Source: Candidatus Aminicenantes bacterium
GTDB lineage: Bacteria > Acidobacteriota > Aminicenantia > Aminicenantales > JAFGBC01
DNA: 64,000 bases
Direction: 5' to 3'
Assembly (NCBI GenBank): GCA_963702005.1
Contig: OY969696.1
Coordinates: 1,056,001-1,120,000, forward strand
Position numbers and translations under genes: made by a program. Positions 59,149 to 64,000 of the stretch are shown here, in pieces (position 1 is the stretch's first letter; the number at the start of each line of letters is the position of its first letter). Under the pieces are notes generated by a model. It worked only from the letters and a program-made list of their open reading frames with translations, was not told the DNA's origin and did not search any database.

Positions 59149-61413
59149 ATGGATCAACACCGAAAGCGGTTTCTTGGATTGTTTCTGATCGGATTCATTC
59201 TTTCCGCAGCCGTCGCTCGGCCAGACCAGGCCCTGACCTGGAGCCGGATCGGCAAAGGCGGCCTGGACGGACCGTATAACCCGCTTCAGGAGGATCTGAA
59301 CGCCGCCTGCCTGTTCGGCGGCAAGCTCTGCGTCGGAACCTGGGGCGGCCAGATTTGGAGCTATGACGGAAGCGAGTGGGTTCTGATCCACAAGCCCAAG
59401 CCGGGCAAGAACCTCATCCGGGAAGTGCAATCCCTGGCCGTCCTCGGGGATTACCTCTATGCCGGCATGTACCTGAGCAATCAAACCTGCCAGGTTTGGC
59501 GGACCAGCGGCACGGGGAAGCTTCCCTATCGATGGACGAAAGTCAGCGGCGCCGCGAATATCGAAAATTCCGAGGCTCATGAAGCGCCTTCAATGGCTGT
59601 CGTCAAAGGGGTTCTTTATGTCGGTACAGAGGGCTATTACGGCTGCCAGGTCTGGTCGTACAACGGCAGCGCTTGGACCGAGGTTGTCGGGCAAGGTTCC
59701 GCCGGCTCGGCCACCGGTCCCGGCTTCGGCGACAAAGCGAATTACGTGGCGAGCTCCATGACTTCATCCGCGTCGGGCGATCTTTATGTCGGCACGGGCC
59801 GGCATGACGGAGGCGAGGTCTGGCGGCTGAACAGCTCGGGCTGGGCCATGGTCAACAAGCCCGGCTTCGGGGTCTCTTCTAATTTCCGTATCCAAACCCT
59901 GGCCTTCTTCAACGACAGCCTCTATGGGGGCACCATCAATGATGAGAAGGGCGCCCAGGTCTGGAAATACGTCGGGCCCGGCCCGTCGAATTGGAAGGCG
60001 GTCGGGCTCAACGGAATGGGCGATGTCAAGAACAGGCTCGTCGCCTCCGCGGCCGTCTTCGGGGACCCCGCCCGACTGTATGTGATTACGGATAACGGAG
60101 AACGAGGCTGTCAGGTTTTGAGGACGAACGGGAAGACCTGGGAGAAGGCCAACGCGAACGGATTTGGAGAGGGTCCGACCAATTGCATAGGCGGGTTCCT
60201 GGCCGTCTTCAGGGGGAAACTCACCGCCGGCTTGGACAGCGATTTCGGCGGCCGGGTCTACGCGACGGCCGGCGGCGCCAAGGTCCCCTTCGCCTGGACG
60301 CAGGTGAACGACTCCGGTTTCACCCGGAACGACAACGAACTGTTCGGGGCCGCGGCCTTCTTTGGCGGAAAGCTTTATGTCGGGACCCATAACTCCCTGG
60401 GCTGCGAAGTCTGGCGTTACGAAGGGAACGGCTGGACCCAGGTCGCGACGGGCGGGTTCGGCGATCCCTACAACGATAGCGTGTGGTCCATGGCCGTCGC
60501 CAACGGCTATCTCTACGCCGGCGCCGAGAATTGGGAGACGGGGGCCGAGATCTGGCGCTACGACGGGTCGAAATGGACCCAGGCCAACAAGAGCGGGTTC
60601 GGGGACGCCTCGTCGGGAATGGCCAGCGCCATGGCCGTCCACCAGAACAAGCTCTACGTGGGGACGCGGAACTATGACCACGGTGCTACGATTTGGCGTT
60701 GCGACGGTCTCAAAACATCCCAATGGACGAAGGTCAACACGAACGGCTTCGGCGTTTTGGCGACGATCGGAATCCAGTCCTTGGCCGTCTTCAGTAATAA
60801 GCTCTATGCCGGGACCCTGGACGAGAGCGGCCGCTGCCGGGTCTGGAGGTACGACGGCCCCGGGCCGTCCGGGTGGACGGCGGCGAACGAGGCGGGGTTC
60901 GGCGTCGATAGCAACTATGCCGCGTCCGGCCTGGCCGTTTATACGGGGGCGCTCTATGCGGAGACTTGGACCGAGGGCAACGGCGGTTGCGAGGTGTGGC
61001 GCTACTCCGGCGCCGGTACGGCCTGGAGCCAGGTCAACGTCGGCGGCTTCGGGAAAGCCGCCAATGAATATGCGGATTCCATGATCGTCTTCAAAAATCT
61101 CATGTATGTCGGCACCTGGAACGAGTCGAACGGGGGCGAGATCTGGTCTTACGACGGCAGCGTCTGGAGCCAGGTCAATAAATCCGGATTCGGGGCCAAC
61201 ACCAACATCGGGATCGAATCGATCGCCAGCGATGGGACCGATCTTTACGCCGGGACCGAGAATGACTTCACCGGCGGCGAGGTCTGGACGACCGGGACCG
61301 GGAGCGCGAGCCCCCCGATCTTCCGGGCGGCTCCGTTCCCGTCGATCCCGCGAGTGCATCGGAGGCATCCGAGAGAAGCCTCCCAGCCGAGGCTTCATTC
61401 CCGGACGCGGTAG
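59149..61413 (+). CDS. Secreted beta-propeller repeat protein
   Basis: Signal peptide and about 14 repeats of W.QVN..GFG...N....MAVF..KLYVGT.N...G.EVWRYDG. GGGAGG RBS. Confidence 0.8.
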   Translation: MDQHRKRFLGLFLIGFILSAAVARPDQALTWSRIGKGGLDGPYNPLQEDLNAACLFGGKLCVGTWGGQIWSYDGSEWVLIHKPKPGKNLIREVQSLAVLGDYLYAGMYLSNQTCQVWRTSGTGKLPYRWTKVSGAANIENSEAHEAPSMAVVKGVLYVGTEGYYGCQVWSYNGSAWTEVVGQGSAGSATGPGFGDKANYVASSMTSSASGDLYVGTGRHDGGEVWRLNSSGWAMVNKPGFGVSSNFRIQTLAFFNDSLYGGTINDEKGAQVWKYVGPGPSNWKAVGLNGMGDVKNRLVASAAVFGDPARLYVITDNGERGCQVLRTNGKTWEKANANGFGEGPTNCIGGFLAVFRGKLTAGLDSDFGGRVYATAGGAKVPFAWTQVNDSGFTRNDNELFGAAAFFGGKLYVGTHNSLGCEVWRYEGNGWTQVATGGFGDPYNDSVWSMAVANGYLYAGAENWETGAEIWRYDGSKWTQANKSGFGDASSGMASAMAVHQNKLYVGTRNYDHGATIWRCDGLKTSQWTKVNTNGFGVLATIGIQSLAVFSNKLYAGTLDESGRCRVWRYDGPGPSGWTAANEAGFGVDSNYAASGLAVYTGALYAETWTEGNGGCEVWRYSGAGTAWSQVNVGGFGKAANEYADSMIVFKNLMYVGTWNESNGGEIWSYDGSVWSQVNKSGFGANTNIGIESIASDGTDLYAGTENDFTGGEVWTTGTGSASPPIFRAAPFPSIPRVHRRHPREASQPRLHSRTR

Positions 61414-61498
61414 CCCGGACTTTCCGAGGGCGCCTGACAGCCGGGGCGGCGTCCGCCAAGCCGGCCGCCGGAGCGCCGCGCCGTCTGTGAGGGTCGCC

Positions 61499-61528
61499 TT
61501 GACAAGTCGCCGGACATGGCGTTATCTT
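61499..61528 (+). promoter_or_regulatory. sigma70-like promoter (element-free counterpart of 59025..59054)
   Basis: cgccTTGACAag-N-TATCTT with an 18-bp spacer. Confidence 0.6.
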
Positions 61529-61618
61529 CGGCGTATAGAATTATCATAATCCCCGGATAGGCGCCGAGATCCGCGAATTTTTGTCGTGGCCCGGGCAAGG
61601 GGGAGGAAGGGAGATTTC

Positions 61619-63898
61619 GTGAACAAGCATGGCAAGGCGTTATTGGCGTCTTTGTTTGTCGCGGCGATTTTGACCGCGGCGGCCTTCGCCGACGAGGCCC
61701 TGACCTGGAGCCGGATCGGTAAAGGCGGCCTGGACGGGCCGTATAATTATCTCCAGTATGGCCTCAACGCCCCCTGCGTTTTCAAGGGGGCTCTTTATGT
61801 CGGCACCGGCGGCGGCATGTCGTTCGGCGGCCAAATCTGGCGCTATGACGGGCACGAGTGGGTCATGGTCCATAAGCCCAAGCCGGGCCATACGCGAATT
61901 GACGCGGTGACGACTCTGGCCGTCCTCGGCGATTATCTCTATGGGGGCATGTCTGTCAACGACGGGACCTGCGAGGTCTGGCGTACCGACGGGACGGGGA
62001 AGCCCCCCTATCGCTGGACCAAGATCAGCGCGCCGGCGAACATCAGCCAGCAATATACGTACATGGTGAGTTCGATGACCGTCGTCAACGGATATCTGTA
62101 CTGCGGCACCTGGAACAACGTGAAGGCTTGTCAGGTCTGGAAATACAGCGGAAGCGCCTGGACCCAGGTCGTCGGGCAAGGCCCCTCGGGATCGCCCACC
62201 GGCCCGGGCTTCGGCAATAAGAATAACTACGTGGCGCGGTCCATGACCTCTTCGGCCTCGGGAGATCTTTATGTCGGGACGGGCAACAGCGGGGGCGGCG
62301 AGGTCTGGCGGCTGACGAGCTCCGGCTGGACCAAGCTCAACAAGCCCGGATTCGGCGCGTCCAAGAACTCCTACATCAGCGTCCTTATCTTCTTCAAGAA
62401 CAGCCTCTATGCGGGCACCCAGAATTACACTAAGGGCGCCCAGGTCTGGAAATATTTGGGGCCGGGCCCCGCGAACTGGAAGGCGATCGGGCTCAACGGG
62501 ATGGGCGACGCCAACAATTATAATATCGGCGCGGCGGCGGTCTTCGGAAACCCGGGCTGGCTGTATATCATCACCGCGAACTATGAAAACGGCTGCCAGG
62601 TCCTGAGGACCAACGGAACGAAATGGGAGAAGGCCAACGCAAACGGGTTCGGGGAGGGGAAGACCAACGGGGATGGCGGCGCCCTGGCTGTCTTTGACGG
62701 CAAGCTCTATGCCGGATTGAACGGCGATTTCGGCAGCCGGGTCTACGCGACCGCGGGCGGCGCCAAGGTGCCGTTCGCCTGGACGCTGACGAATGATTCC
62801 GGATTCAGCCTGAACGACAACGAAAGGATCGGCTGCTCGGCGTTCTTCGGCGGAAAGCTCTACGTCGGGACCTATAACGGCCTGGGCTGCGAAATCTGGC
62901 GCTATGAGGGGAACGCCTGGACCCAGGTCGTCTCGGGCGGGTTTGGAGATCCTAATAATTATGAAGCCGAGTCCATGGCCGTCGCGGACGGCTATCTTTA
63001 CGTCGGGACCGGCAACTGGCTGACCGGCGCCGAGGTCTGGCGCTATGACGGGTCGAAGTGGACCCAGGCCAACAAGGACGGATTCGGAGACGCGACATCG
63101 GGTGAAGCCGCGGCAATGATCGTTCACCAGGACAAACTCTACGTTGGCACGCAGAGCTATAACACCAAGGCCAAGGTTTGGAGATGCGACGGCCTCAAGA
63201 CGACCCAATGGACGAAGGTCAACACCAACGGCTTCGGCATGGCCACCACGGTGGGCGCGATATCGTTCGCCGTCTTAAACAACAAGCTTTACGCCGGGAC
63301 CTACGATATGAACGATCCCTGCCACGCTTGGAGGTATGACGGCCCCGGGCCGTCGAACTGGACGCTGGTCAGCGCGGAGGGGTTCGGAAACAAGGCAAAC
63401 CACGGAGTGGACGCGCTGGCCGTCTATAAGGACGCCCTCTACGCGAGCGTCTACTCCGCCGATCAGACAGGCTGCCAAATCTGGCGCTATTCGGGCAACG
63501 GAACGAGCTGGAGCCGGGTCAACGTCAGCGGTTTCGGCAAGGCCAACAACGGTATGGCGGACGCCATGATCGTCTTTAAAAATCTTCTGTACGTCGGCAC
63601 CTGGAACGGGGTGAACGGGGGAGAAATCTGGTCCTACGACGGCGGCGTCTGGAGCCAGGCCAATAAGAGCGGCTTCGGGACCAATAATAATTACGGAGTC
63701 CTCACTCTGGCGGGCGACGGCGCCGATCTTTACGCCGGCACCGTGAACGACATGACCGGCGGCGAGGTCTGGACGACCGGGGCGGGGAGCGACAGCCCCC
63801 TGATCCTCCGGGCCAACCCATTCCCGTCGTTCCCGAAAGCTCATCGGAAGTACCCGAAGGAAGCCTACCAGTCGAGATTTCATTCCCGGACGCGATAG
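61619..63898 (+). CDS. Secreted beta-propeller repeat protein (tandem paralogue of 59149..61413)
   Basis: Colinear with the upstream paralogue from ALTWSRIGKGGLDGPYN to HSRTR. GTG start after GGGAG. Confidence 0.8.
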   Translation: MNKHGKALLASLFVAAILTAAAFADEALTWSRIGKGGLDGPYNYLQYGLNAPCVFKGALYVGTGGGMSFGGQIWRYDGHEWVMVHKPKPGHTRIDAVTTLAVLGDYLYGGMSVNDGTCEVWRTDGTGKPPYRWTKISAPANISQQYTYMVSSMTVVNGYLYCGTWNNVKACQVWKYSGSAWTQVVGQGPSGSPTGPGFGNKNNYVARSMTSSASGDLYVGTGNSGGGEVWRLTSSGWTKLNKPGFGASKNSYISVLIFFKNSLYAGTQNYTKGAQVWKYLGPGPANWKAIGLNGMGDANNYNIGAAAVFGNPGWLYIITANYENGCQVLRTNGTKWEKANANGFGEGKTNGDGGALAVFDGKLYAGLNGDFGSRVYATAGGAKVPFAWTLTNDSGFSLNDNERIGCSAFFGGKLYVGTYNGLGCEIWRYEGNAWTQVVSGGFGDPNNYEAESMAVADGYLYVGTGNWLTGAEVWRYDGSKWTQANKDGFGDATSGEAAAMIVHQDKLYVGTQSYNTKAKVWRCDGLKTTQWTKVNTNGFGMATTVGAISFAVLNNKLYAGTYDMNDPCHAWRYDGPGPSNWTLVSAEGFGNKANHGVDALAVYKDALYASVYSADQTGCQIWRYSGNGTSWSRVNVSGFGKANNGMADAMIVFKNLLYVGTWNGVNGGEIWSYDGGVWSQANKSGFGTNNNYGVLTLAGDGADLYAGTVNDMTGGEVWTTGAGSDSPLILRANPFPSFPKAHRKYPKEAYQSRFHSRTR

Positions 63899-63918
63899 CC
63901 CGGCCTCTTCGGAAGCCC

Positions 63919-64000
63919 TTGACCCGTTCGCCGACGCCAAGCCCCGCCTTTCAAGGCGGGGATGAGAGCGAGGCTCAGGGTTAATCATGAACAAGCCCCG
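63919..64000 (+). mobile_element. TGAC-bounded palindromic element family B, copy 4 (truncated by window end)
   Basis: TTGAC-CCGTTCGCCGACGCCAAGCCCCGCCTTTCAAGGCGGGG...GGCTCAGGGTTAATCATGAACAAGCCCCG. Confidence 0.8.

Noticed and set aside
59149-63898. Near-duplicate genes as a DGR template/variable pair
   Set aside because: Both are full-length ORFs, the differences are not confined to adenines, and there is no reverse transcriptase in the window.

Overview
GC-rich bacterial chromosomal segment. The gene-family content (zinc-ribbon/Ser-Thr kinase/TPR receptors, SBBP beta-propellers, sulfatase-TPR, Oar-like TonB-dependent receptor) suggests Candidatus Aminicenantes or a related Acidobacteriota lineage, which is inference only. 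It carries three tandem paralogue pairs (SBBP, receptor kinase, beta-propeller), a K+-independent H+-pyrophosphatase, a GH127/GH146 lipoprotein and two toxin-antitoxin modules beside the kinases. A ~20 kb Wzx/Wzy polysaccharide locus (35.4-55.2 kb) has an AT-rich variable part, an IS481 relic, a PglCDEF bacillosamine pathway and a beta-barrel/OPX/Wzc/PHP export module. The most notable signals are non-coding. (1) A hairpin-rich element in four copies, each complete copy bounded by (T)TGAC direct repeats. Two copies sit in sigma70 -35 boxes, one of them with a matching empty site in a paralogous promoter, and one sits in frame inside a start codon. (2) A three-copy REP-like hairpin with compensatory base changes around an invariant TCTT loop. 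(3) An ops/JUMPstart-like sequence just before wzx. No rRNA, tRNA or CRISPR array was seen.
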